DNA from: Candidatus Woesearchaeota archaeon | GTDB taxonomy: Archaea; Nanobdellota; Nanobdellia; Woesearchaeales; ARS49 | Assembly (NCBI GenBank): GCA_019323015.1 | Contig: JAHWHY010000006.1 | Location: 1,008 to 65,007, forward strand | Reading direction: 5' to 3' | DNA length: 64,000 bases | Made by a program: the position numbers and the translations under genes | Shown here: positions 1 through 9,165 of the stretch, one piece after another | How positions within the stretch are numbered: position 1 is the stretch's first letter | Layout of the letters: each line of letters begins with the position of its first letter | The notes under the pieces: model-generated | Databases searched by the model: none | What the model saw: the letters and a program-made list of their open reading frames with translations, nothing else | Told to the model about the DNA's origin: nothing

Positions 1-172
1 AGATGTTTCAATTCCCTGCGTCCCTCATCCTTTCGGATTCAAGGGGAAGTCCCATTCGGAAATCCTCGGTTCAAAAGCTGCATACGCTTCGCCGAGGCTT
101 AACGCAGTTAGCCGCGTCCTTCATCAGCGTCTAGAACCTAGTCTTCCACCTGATAGGATTCGAATCTCACCT
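1..172 (-). rRNA. 23S rRNA, 5' end (gene runs off the left edge)
   Basis: Reverse complement reads ...GCTGATGAAGGACGCGGCTAACTGCGTTAAGC...ATTTCCGAATGGG...GGGAATTGAAACATCT, matching the conserved 5' domain of 23S. The 5' end is estimated around position 172. Confidence 0.85.
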
Positions 173-423
173 AAAAGATTAGATGGCCAGTATTTTTGGT
201 CTATGCACGGTGTCATAAGGAAACATGATTTGTGAAGATTGGTTTCCCTCTCCTTTCACACATGATTGGGTAATCATGCGTAATTGTTTAATTGGTAAAT
301 GTGATTTTTTGATTTCATGGAATTGTTTTTTTCCATGACTGTGAATTCCCGATTTCAGGTTGCCTTCACACTCGCGGTCTTGTACCGCGCGGTTTTGTCT
401 CAAATTTTTTTTAAAAATTTGAA

Positions 424-497
424 TGGACCCGTCGGGATTCGAACCCGAAGCCTCCGCCTTGCAAGGGCGGCGCTCTACCAGGTTGAGCTACGGGCCC
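424..497 (-). tRNA. tRNA-Ala (anticodon TGC) in the 16S-23S spacer
   Basis: Cloverleaf on the minus strand with anticodon loop cuTGCaa, a G3:U70 acceptor pair and a GGTTCGAATCC T-arm. This is the classic archaeal 16S-tRNAAla-23S arrangement. Confidence 0.9.
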
Positions 498-556
498 GGT
501 AATTTTGTGAATATGAAGAGAGAGAGCAGAATCAATTTCGGTATTGGAAAAAAAAT

Positions 557-2187
<1,631 letters not shown>

Positions 2188-2527
2188 CGATGTCTCGTTT
2201 GAGACGTACCACTTACGGCCGATTATTTTGAAATTGACTTGAGCTGCTCTCTCTCGTGTACAAAACTTTAGTTTTGACAGTCATATTTAGCGTTGATCGC
2301 TTGTGTCCTCAGCTTTCCCGAGGATAGAAGTTGCGCCGGAAAAATTTACCGACTTTCTATTGGAGATGATTTCACGAATGACTCTAAGAATTTGGTGGTG
2401 ATTTATAAACCTTTTGGTTGTAGTATAGTAAAAAGTATCCTCAGTAAATTGTGGTGCTTTGCACAGTTTGTGCTGCGCAGTTTTTGTATAGATACGTTTT
2501 TATAATCCTTTCCTTTAATTTTTAACA

Positions 2528-3052
2528 ATGGTGCATTTATACCTTACAGGGCCGTATGGTGCAGGAAAAAGCACGACTGCTGTTGCATTGGCTAATCTTC
2601 TTAATTGGCCTTGCATTGACCCGGACCAGGTGTTTATCGAAGAATTTGGTGACATAGGCAAATTTATTCAGCAGCATGGTTGGAGGAAGATGATAGAGAA
2701 ATCCTCTGGTATTTTGAGAGCTCTACCAAAAGGTAATTTCGTGATTCCGCAGGTTTTATTTGGCAATAAGGACGGAGAGGACATAAAGGAAAAAGATGCC
2801 CAGTTTTGTCAAAAAAATGGGGTGTTGATATTGATTCTGCCTGACAGGGCTATAAAGAGAAGCGCAGAGATTTGTTATGCTAGAGAGCAAAAAAGAGAAT
2901 ATCGTATCTCTTTTGAAGAGGTCTTGGAGCGCCATAAATATAGTATTCCTCTTCTGAAAAAGTATGCAGATATTATCGTGTATGATAATGTCTCTCCAGA
3001 AAATGCTGCACTTAAAATAAAATCAGAACTTCAAAAAAGAAAAATAATCTAA
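2528..3052 (+). CDS. P-loop nucleotide/nucleoside kinase family protein (shikimate/gluconate-kinase-like fold)
   Basis: Walker A GPYGAGKST at residues 8-16 and a DPD motif shortly after, in a 174-aa protein. TATA-like TTTTTATAA ~25 nt upstream. Confidence 0.55.
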   Translation: MVHLYLTGPYGAGKSTTAVALANLLNWPCIDPDQVFIEEFGDIGKFIQQHGWRKMIEKSSGILRALPKGNFVIPQVLFGNKDGEDIKEKDAQFCQKNGVLILILPDRAIKRSAEICYAREQKREYRISFEEVLERHKYSIPLLKKYADIIVYDNVSPENAALKIKSELQKRKII

Positions 3053-3058
3053 CTAGAG

Positions 3059-3172
3059 TTATTTCTTGCCTGCTCGCTGAGCTCTCTTTCTCTTGTCTTT
3101 CTTCATGCGCTTTCTCTGCCATTTCCAGCGCATCTGTCCTTTCTTTTTCCAGCGTCTTGAACTTCGCTTCAT
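3059..3172 (-). CDS. 37-aa extremely basic peptide resembling ribosomal protein L41e
   Basis: My own translation gives MKRSSRRWKKKGQMRWKWQRKRMKKDKRKRAQRAGKK. The W/K/R-rich composition and the RWKKKG.MRWKW pattern recall archaeal/eukaryotic L41e. Absent from the ORF track because it is under 60 aa. Confidence 0.4.
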   Translation of the reverse strand: MKRSSRRWKKKGQMRWKWQRKRMKKDKRKRAQRAGKK

Positions 3173-3292
3173 TTTTTTATTATTTTCGAAGTTTGAGATT
3201 AGAAAATCTTTGATTTTCTTAATCTACTGCTTCTTTTCATTGTTTATCGAATAAGATTTGGGCTTTGTTTAAAAGCCTTTTGTTAATATAAA

Positions 3293-3367
3293 TGCTCCCG
3301 CGGGGATTCGAACCCCGGTCCCGGCATCGAAAGTGCCGGATGATTGGCCGGACTACACCACAGGAGC
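3293..3367 (-). tRNA. tRNA-Glu (anticodon TTC)
   Basis: Reverse complement GCTCCTGTGGTGTAGTCCGGCCAATCAT CCGGCA cTTTCGa TGCCGG ... GGGGTTCGAATCCCCGCGGGAGC. Acceptor 7 bp, no intron. Confidence 0.85.
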
Positions 3368-3424
3368 ATATTCAGTCCAGTGTTGAAAAGTTCTATTCTG
3401 TTTTTAAAGCTTTTGAATAAAAAG

Positions 3425-3570
3425 TGGGCCCGCTGGGACTTTCAATGACCGAAGGGAGTTGAATTCCCTCGAACACATTTGAACCCAGGACCTCTGGCTC
3501 GCTTAGACGAGTTTTGTTTAAAACGTGGCCATATAAGACCAGCGCTCTAACCAAGCTGAGCTACGGGCCC
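3425..3570 (-). tRNA. tRNA with two introns (146 nt); anticodon reads TAT, so putatively tRNA-Ile(UAU)
   Basis: Reverse complement GGGCCCGTAGCTCAGCTTGGTTAGAGCG CTGGT cuTATa[32-nt intron]a GCCAG AGGTC CTGGG TTCAAAT[39-nt intron GTG...ATTGAAAG]T CCCAG CGGGCCC A. The first intron is at the canonical 37/38 site and the second between the T-loop and the 3' T-stem. Confidence 0.65.
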
Positions 3571-3628
3571 GTCTTCGTATAGAGAACTTGGAATTGTTTT
3601 TAAAAGTTTCTGTATTTAGAAAAGAACT

Positions 3629-4183
3629 TTGTGTATGCGTCACTTTAAATATTCTGCAATTTTGATAGGGTATATGCTTAAAAAAATAAAGAATCTGGTT
3701 GAAAAGAAAATCAAAGGCGGGCAGGTTGATATAAATAATTGCTGGCTCATCGATGGATTGAGTATATCCAGTCAAGAGGATTTTCTGATTTTTATTATTG
3801 AACATGTTCCTGACGACAGTGTCTGGGCAATTGAAGGTTGCTTTGACGATAACATGCTGAATGAGCTGAGGAAATACAAGACAGAGGATTCTGTCAAAGT
3901 TTTTCAGGCCTGTATTTCACAATGCACTGAATCAGGCTGGAATGATCCTATTCGTGCTAAAGTTCTTCTAAGCAAAGAAAACAAGCCCAAGATTATCGAG
4001 ATTATCAAGAAGCACAGCTTATGCTCTTTGATACATCACCACATATATTATAAAAGCATATTTTACTTTACCACATATGATAATTTTTCTGCATATGTTG
4101 CAGTGTCAAAAAAGTTTGACAATAAAGTTATGAATGATTACGCGGAAAAGAATAATATTAAATTTATTGAGCCTACTTTCTAG
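3629..4183 (+). CDS. hypothetical protein
   Basis: 184-aa ORF with no recognisable motifs. The start is uncertain; an internal Met at ~3674 is possible. Confidence 0.35.
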   Translation: MCMRHFKYSAILIGYMLKKIKNLVEKKIKGGQVDINNCWLIDGLSISSQEDFLIFIIEHVPDDSVWAIEGCFDDNMLNELRKYKTEDSVKVFQACISQCTESGWNDPIRAKVLLSKENKPKIIEIIKKHSLCSLIHHHIYYKSIFYFTTYDNFSAYVAVSKKFDNKVMNDYAEKNNIKFIEPTF

Positions 4184-4195
4184 AGATTTACTGCT

Positions 4196-4405
4196 TCAAG
4201 AAGTTTGAATTGATTGGCATTCCCATTGCGGTTCGCATTCTTTACTGCATCCTAAGAATACGGGACGCGTTCCTTCTGTACAAGTAATATCTTTATGTAC
4301 ACAATATTCTCCTTTGCAGCAACTATTGTCCTCTTTTTCATAACATTGTACAGTACAGCCTGCTACAATAAGGGCTAAAATCAAAAGTAAAAATGTTCTT
4401 TTCAT
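4196..4405 (-). CDS. small secreted Cys-rich lipoprotein (69 aa)
   Basis: Re-called from the internal Met MKRTFLLLILALIVAGC..., because the upstream part of the 119-aa ORF overlaps two tRNA genes. Signal peptide plus lipobox IVAGC, then 12 Cys in 50 residues including a CC doublet. Confidence 0.55.
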   Translation of the reverse strand: MKRTFLLLILALIVAGCTVQCYEKEDNSCCKGEYCVHKDITCTEGTRPVFLGCSKECEPQWECQSIQTS

Positions 4406-4444
4406 AAGCTTTTCAAAAAGGATGTCATATAAATATGTTTGTAT

Positions 4445-4514
4445 GCGCCAGCCGGGAATCGAACCCAGGCCACAACGTTGGCAACGTCGTATTGTACCAT
4501 TCAACCACTGGCGC
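4445..4514 (-). tRNA. tRNA-Gly (anticodon GCC)
   Basis: Reverse complement GCGCCAGTGGTTGAATGGTACAATA CGACG ttGCCaa CGTTG TGGCCTGGGTTCGATTCCCGGCTGGCGC. Confidence 0.85.
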
Positions 4515-4523
4515 AAAACTGAA

Positions 4524-4653
4524 TGGGCCCGGAGGGAATCGAACCCTCGACCCACACCTTTCTAAAGGCACTGGCCTTGGAAAGACCAGCAAAAATCGCA
4601 GATTTTTGCGCTGCCTTGTAAGGGTGTTGTCATAGCCGCTAGACCACGGGCCC
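4524..4653 (-). tRNA. tRNA-Val (anticodon TAC) with a ~58-nt canonical-position intron
   Basis: Reverse complement GGGCCCGTGGTCTAGCGGCTATGACA ACACC cuTACa[intron]a GGTGT GGGTC GAGGGTTCGATTCCCTC CGGGCCC A. Confidence 0.8.
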
Positions 4654-4759
4654 ATAAGTGTGAGGAAATATTATTGGTTTAAAAGGTTTACGCTATCTCG
4701 CGAATATAGAATGCAAATCGTTTTCGCGCTTGCAGCCTTGTGCTGCACTTGTTTGGATT

Positions 4760-4780
4760 CTAGCCTTTCTTAAAGGCTAG
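4760..4780. promoter_or_regulatory. 21-bp perfect palindrome in a divergent promoter region (tRNA-Val / Cys-lipoprotein array)
   Basis: CTAGCCTTT-CTT-AAAGGCTAG. Confidence 0.4.
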
Positions 4781-4870
4781 TTTGAAAGGTTTACTGTTCC
4801 CTGCGTAATTTGAGTAATGTTTATATAATAGAACGTCTGTAACAGTCTTAATATTAAAAAAGGTGATATT

Positions 4871-5230
4871 ATGCGAAAAGTTATTTTGCTAACACTTCTT
4901 GTTTGTCTAGCTTTGTTTGCTATTGGCTGCAAGTCAGGGGCTGCTGTTTATGGCAGATATCCTGGAAGCACAGACAAGGTTTATGTTCCAGAGTACCAGC
5001 ATCGTGCAGTTTTTTATCCAGTTGACATGTGCTGTGTGCTTGGAGACAGGCTTTATTGTGAAACTCCTCAAGAGATAGAGAACTGTTTAAGTCAGGGGGG
5101 CAGGCTTGCAAAGCCAGGAACAATCCCTACCTGCTGCGAGATTGGCGGTGAGATTAAGGGAAATATAGTGGAATCATTTACGTTTTACGACTGCCGTTCT
5201 AGAGGAGGACGTGTTGTTCCTTGTAGATAA
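4871..5230 (+). CDS. secreted Cys-rich lipoprotein, paralog 1 (119 aa)
   Basis: Signal peptide plus lipobox (LFAIGC) and 11 Cys with the pattern CC..C..QGG...CC...C..GG...C. SD AAAGGTGA and TATA GTTTATATAAT upstream. Confidence 0.7.
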   Translation: MRKVILLTLLVCLALFAIGCKSGAAVYGRYPGSTDKVYVPEYQHRAVFYPVDMCCVLGDRLYCETPQEIENCLSQGGRLAKPGTIPTCCEIGGEIKGNIVESFTFYDCRSRGGRVVPCR

Positions 5231-5242
5231 ATAGGTGATAAA

Positions 5243-5620
5243 ATGAGAAAAATAATCTTAACAACTTTAGTGCTGGCATGCTTGGCTGTGTTAGTCGGCT
5301 GCATGACAGGAGAAGCTATTAGAGGTCCGCAGGGTTATCCTGCAAGAGATGATATGACTTACAGGCCTGCTTATGAACAGCCTGTGCAGATGATTCCAAC
5401 GCCGACACCAGCTCCTGTTTGCTGTGAGCTTCGCTGTGAAACTGTTTGCGGAAGTTCTGGTGATCCTGCTGTAAGCAATTGTTTTGCTGCAGGCGGAAGA
5501 GCTATGCAGTGGGGTTTTGAATTTACCTGCTGTTACTTTGATAACACGCCGACATCTGAACATTCGTGGACAGAGTGTTTAAGGCAGGGCGGACATCCTA
5601 TCTCAATGAGGGTGCAATAA
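5243..5620 (+). CDS. secreted Cys-rich lipoprotein, paralog 2 (125 aa)
   Basis: Lipobox LVGC and the same repeated CC...C..GG module (CCELRC...CFAAGG / CCYF...CLRQGG). Confidence 0.7.
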   Translation: MRKIILTTLVLACLAVLVGCMTGEAIRGPQGYPARDDMTYRPAYEQPVQMIPTPTPAPVCCELRCETVCGSSGDPAVSNCFAAGGRAMQWGFEFTCCYFDNTPTSEHSWTECLRQGGHPISMRVQ

Positions 5621-5949
5621 TGAGATTCGCAATACCGCTCGTGCTTATTTTGTGCCTTATCTTGATAGGGTGTGAGACAAGCGGACAAGCATACCAAATG
5701 CCTGCAAAAGAGCAAGAGATTTATCAGCTTCAGTCTGCAAAAATCTGCTGCGCAGTCAAGAACCTGCGTGGCGAATTTGTTTACACTGTTGCTGAAAATG
5801 ATGCTGCATGCACTAATCTGCGAGGTATGGTGACAAACTGTCCTCGTGTCTGCTGTAATGTTAACGGCCAGATCTTCGGGGAATACAGCATTAACTTCTG
5901 CTTAATAAGAGAAGGCGTTCCTGTGCAGTGCCCTGCCCTGCGCTGGTAA
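5620..5949 (+). CDS. secreted Cys-rich lipoprotein, paralog 3 (109 aa)
   Basis: Start re-called at MRFAIPLVLILCLILIGC, giving a TAATG overlap with paralog 2. Pattern CC...C.NLRG...CC...C.REG...C. Confidence 0.6.
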   Translation: MRFAIPLVLILCLILIGCETSGQAYQMPAKEQEIYQLQSAKICCAVKNLRGEFVYTVAENDAACTNLRGMVTNCPRVCCNVNGQIFGEYSINFCLIREGVPVQCPALRW

Positions 5950-6006
5950 TATTTTTTTCTTCTTTCTTCAATAAGTTTTATATAGTATATATCAATAGCA
6001 AATTCT

Positions 6007-6753
6007 ATGGAGGATCGGCTTTTTCAGATGCTTGTTGAGGAGAATGAGATTAGCTGGAAGGCCATTATCTATGATCTTATCCGTAAGGAAGAGATGGATC
6101 CTTGGAATGTCAATGTTTCTTTATTGTCTCAGAAATACATTGAGCGATTGAAAGAATTAAAGCAGATGGATTTGAAAGTAAGCGGCAAGGTCTTGCTTGC
6201 TGCAGCTATTCTCTTAAAAATCAAGTCAAAAAGATTAGTTGGGGAAGACCTGAATGAGTTTGACAGGCTTTTGGCTGCAACTGATGTTGATGAGGATGAG
6301 TTTTATGACGGTCTTGCTGATGAATTAAGGAGGGGTGAGGAGCGTGCAATGTATGAAGGCATTGAATTGATGCCTAGAACTCCGCAGCCTAGAAAAAGAA
6401 AAGTTTCTGTGTATGATTTGGTCAAGGCTCTTGAGCAGGCCCTGGAAGTCAAGAAAAGAAGGGTGTTTAATTCTATTAGAGAGTCTAATGTAAAGGTTCC
6501 TGAGAAAAAGTTTGATATTAGCGAGGCAATTAAGGGAATTTATGGAAAAATTCTAAGCTTGTTTAAGTCAAAAAAAGAAGAGCAGATTGCTTTTAGCGAG
6601 CTGGTTCCTTCTGAATCAAGAAAAGATCATGTTTACACGTTTATTCCGCTTTTGCATTTATTCAATGAGGATAAGATTCATCTAGAGCAAAAAGAGCATT
6701 TTGGAGAAATTAATATCAAACTAAGAGGTGGTGATAAGAATGACTCTGACTAA
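6007..6753 (+). CDS. scpA: segregation and condensation protein A (ScpA kleisin)
   Basis: N-terminal DPWNV..L...Y...L......L...GKVLLAAAILLKIK pattern and an acidic middle; ~250 aa. Confidence 0.65.
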   Translation: MEDRLFQMLVEENEISWKAIIYDLIRKEEMDPWNVNVSLLSQKYIERLKELKQMDLKVSGKVLLAAAILLKIKSKRLVGEDLNEFDRLLAATDVDEDEFYDGLADELRRGEERAMYEGIELMPRTPQPRKRKVSVYDLVKALEQALEVKKRRVFNSIRESNVKVPEKKFDISEAIKGIYGKILSLFKSKKEEQIAFSELVPSESRKDHVYTFIPLLHLFNEDKIHLEQKEHFGEINIKLRGGDKNDSD

Positions 6754-6910
6754 GGATGATAAGATGGTGTTGAGAGAGATGGTTAAGCATGAACTTGCGA
6801 ATTTTGAGAAGACGCAGAAAAGCTTGTTTGTTGCAATGCCCCTAAGTTTTTTAAAGGGAGAACATGAATATAAGCATTACCTAGAGAAACTATTGAAGAA
6901 ATTGGAGTGA
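6728..6910 (+). CDS. hypothetical small protein
   Basis: 60-aa ORF overlapping the scpA 3' end; nothing beyond ORF context. Confidence 0.25.
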   Translation: MVIRMTLTKDDKMVLREMVKHELANFEKTQKSLFVAMPLSFLKGEHEYKHYLEKLLKKLE

Positions 6911-6914
6911 TATT

Positions 6915-7331
6915 ATGGCTAAGAAAGAAGAAGATGCTCAAATAATGCAGCAGAAGTATATGGAGATGCAGATGCTTGACCAGCAGTTAAAGCAGGTTCA
7001 GCAGCAGCTGCATGCAGTTGAGCAGCAGTCAATGGAAGTGGAGTCTGTGATAGATGCGCTTGGAAACATATCCAAGGTAGAGCCTGGTTCAGATATTTTG
7101 GTTCCATTGAGCTCTGGTATTTTTATCAAGGCAAAGATTCAGGATAACAAGGAATTGCTTGTCAATGTCGGCGGCAACACTACTGTGAATAAGTCTGTTC
7201 CAGAGGTGCAGGAGATGCTGAAAAAGCAGGTTGCAGAGCTGGAAAAAGTCAAGAAAGACTTGACAGAGCATTTCACAAAGTTTGCTGACAAGATGCAGAC
7301 GCTTCAGGCAGAGTTGATGAAAGGAGAATAA
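6915..7331 (+). CDS. pfdA: prefoldin alpha subunit
   Basis: 138 aa with a Q-rich coiled coil, two beta-hairpins (ILVPLSSGIFIKAKI / LLVNVGGNTTV) and a second coiled coil. It sits directly upstream of ftsY, a conserved archaeal neighbourhood. Confidence 0.75.
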   Translation: MAKKEEDAQIMQQKYMEMQMLDQQLKQVQQQLHAVEQQSMEVESVIDALGNISKVEPGSDILVPLSSGIFIKAKIQDNKELLVNVGGNTTVNKSVPEVQEMLKKQVAELEKVKKDLTEHFTKFADKMQTLQAELMKGE

Positions 7332-7336
7332 GGAAC

Positions 7337-8722
7337 ATGTTTGGCTTTCTAAAGAAGAAACTTAAGGGAGCTCTCGACAAATTTACAAAGAAGGTCGAGG
7401 AAGAGGCTCCTGAAGAAGAGATAGAGGTCAAGAAAGAAGTAGAGGTAACGCCAGAAGAAGTTAAAAAAGAAGCTAAGGCTGAAGAAAAGCCAAAAGAAGA
7501 AGTTAAAGAAAAGCCAAAAGAGGAAGTCCAGAAAGAGCCTGAAGAAAAAATTTCTAAGGAAAAAGAAAAGATTGTTGAAGAAGTTAAAGAAGAGATTCCA
7601 GATATTGTTGAAGAAGTAAAGGAAGAGCCTAAAGAGGAAATCAAGAAAGAAGTTGAAGAAGAGATTCCAGAAATAATTGAAGAAGAAGTTAAAGAAGAGC
7701 CAAAGGTTGAAGAAAAACCTGTTGAAAAACCTAAAGAAGTTCCAAAACCCGAGCCAAAAGTTGAAAAACCTGCTCCTAAACCAGAGGTTAAGGTTGAGAA
7801 ACCAAAACCAGTTGTTAAAGAGGCTCCAAAAGAGGAAGAGCCTAAGAAAAAAGGATTTTTTTCATTTATCACTGAAAAAATTACTACAAAGAAAATTTCA
7901 GAATCACAATTTGATGATTTGTTTTGGGATTTAGAGCTGGCTATGCTTGAAAACAACGTGGCAGTGGAAGTTATTGAGAAAATTAAGTCAGATCTTAAGA
8001 CGACTCTTACAACAGCGAATATTCCTAGAGGAAAGGTTGAGGAAACTGTTATGAATTCTTTGAAACAGTCTGTTAGTGAATTGTTTGATGTTGACCAGAT
8101 TGATTTGCTTGCAAAACTAAAGGAAAAAAAGCCATTAGTGATTTGTTTTGTTGGAATCAATGGTTCTGGAAAAACAACTTCAATTGCAAAGGTTGCTAAT
8201 ATGTTCTTAAAAAATAAGGCTTCTGTTGTTCTTGCTGCTGCAGACACTTTTCGGGCTGCTGCAATTGATCAATTGCAGTTACATGCAGATAAATTGGGTG
8301 TAAAACTAATCAAGCATGATTATGGCGCTGATGCAGCTGCTGTTGCTTTTGATGCTGTTAAGCATGCAGAGGCAAAGGACAGGGATGTTGTCTTGATTGA
8401 TACTGCTGGCAGGCTTCATTCTGATCATAATCTTGTTGAGGAGATGAAGAAGATTGTTAGGGTCTCAAAGCCAGATTTGATTGTTTTTGTTGGAGAAAGC
8501 ATAACTGGAAATGACTGCACAGAACAGGCTCAGAAGTTTGATGAGGCTGTTGGCATTGATGGAATTATCTTGTCAAAAGCAGATGTTGATGAAAAAGGCG
8601 GTGCAGCTATCAGTGTTTCCTATGTTACAAAGAAGCCTATTCTCTATATGGGTGTTGGTCAGGAATATGCTGATTTGGCTCCTTTTGACAAAGAGCAGCT
8701 TCTTGCTACATTATTTTCATAA
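7337..8722 (+). CDS. ftsY: signal recognition particle receptor FtsY with a long K/E-rich N-terminal repeat extension
   Basis: C-terminal NG domain with GINGSGKTT, DTAGR and GESITGND motifs. The N-terminal ~170 aa are EEVK/EEPK repeats. Confidence 0.9.
   Translation: MFGFLKKKLKGALDKFTKKVEEEAPEEEIEVKKEVEVTPEEVKKEAKAEEKPKEEVKEKPKEEVQKEPEEKISKEKEKIVEEVKEEIPDIVEEVKEEPKEEIKKEVEEEIPEIIEEEVKEEPKVEEKPVEKPKEVPKPEPKVEKPAPKPEVKVEKPKPVVKEAPKEEEPKKKGFFSFITEKITTKKISESQFDDLFWDLELAMLENNVAVEVIEKIKSDLKTTLTTANIPRGKVEETVMNSLKQSVSELFDVDQIDLLAKLKEKKPLVICFVGINGSGKTTSIAKVANMFLKNKASVVLAAADTFRAAAIDQLQLHADKLGVKLIKHDYGADAAAVAFDAVKHAEAKDRDVVLIDTAGRLHSDHNLVEEMKKIVRVSKPDLIVFVGESITGNDCTEQAQKFDEAVGIDGIILSKADVDEKGGAAISVSYVTKKPILYMGVGQEYADLAPFDKEQLLATLFS
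7380..7860 (+). repeat. low-complexity K/E/P codon repeat inside ftsY
   Basis: Reiterated gaagaagttaaagaa / aaagaagagcc units. This is also what produces the spurious antisense Ser-rich ORF 7273-8247. Confidence 0.7.
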
Positions 8723-8752
8723 TCTGGCAAAACCTTTTTTTTGGCAGGTTCT

Positions 8753-8772
8753 AAAATCACTATAGTGATTTT
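8753..8772. promoter_or_regulatory. 20-bp perfect palindrome between ftsY and the DUF4870 gene
   Basis: AAAATCACTATAGTGATTTT. Confidence 0.4.
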
Positions 8773-8833
8773 AGTAAAGTTTATAAAGGATTTATTCAAT
8801 TTTTCTCTATTATAACTAAAGGGGGTAATACAA

Positions 8834-9154
8834 ATGACTAAAGACATAGAAGAAGGTAAAATATTTGCGTTTTTGGCTTATTTGCTTAGCATAATTGGTT
8901 TCTTGATCGTGCTTTTGGCAAAGAAGGACAACAAGTTTGCTATGTACCACGCAAAGCAGTCACTTGTTTTGTTTATTGTGTACATGATTGGATGGGCGAT
9001 TCTTGTGTTCATACCTTTTCTTGGATGGGGCCTGCTGCCTGTTTGGTGGGTTATAATGGTGATAATGACCATTATTGGAATAATTAATGCTTTTTCAGGC
9101 AAGGAAAAGCCATTGCCGATCATCGGCAAGTATGCTAAGAAAATTAAAATTTAA
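8834..9154 (+). CDS. DUF4870-family small membrane protein
   Basis: LAYLLSIIGFLI ... FAMYHAKQS ... two TM helices. SD AAAGGGGG upstream. Confidence 0.55.
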   Translation: MTKDIEEGKIFAFLAYLLSIIGFLIVLLAKKDNKFAMYHAKQSLVLFIVYMIGWAILVFIPFLGWGLLPVWWVIMVIMTIIGIINAFSGKEKPLPIIGKYAKKIKI

Positions 9155-9165
9155 TTTTTTTATTT

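Noticed and set aside
179-502. ORFs 179-403 and 317-502
   Set aside because: They overlap the 23S 5' end, the ITS and tRNA-Ala; not coding.
2402-2409. TTTATAAA as the 16S rRNA promoter TATA box
   Set aside because: It lies ~215 nt upstream of the estimated 16S 5' end and is palindromic. Plausible, but several A/T-rich candidates exist and the TSS cannot be fixed from sequence alone.
3518-3805. Minus-strand 95-aa ORF
   Set aside because: It overlaps the 5' end of the double-intron tRNA and the plus-strand ORF; no motif.
4425-4655. ORFs 4425-4655 (minus), 4435-4635 (plus) and the N-terminal 50 aa of ORF 4196-4555
   Set aside because: They overlap tRNA-Gly and the intron-containing tRNA-Val. 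The real lipoprotein gene begins at the internal Met (4405).
7273-8247. 324-aa Ser/Thr/Phe-rich ORF antisense to ftsY
   Set aside because: It is the reverse-complement reading of the GAA/GAG-rich K/E repeat of ftsY. FtsY carries clear GTPase motifs on the plus strand; the antisense ORF has none.
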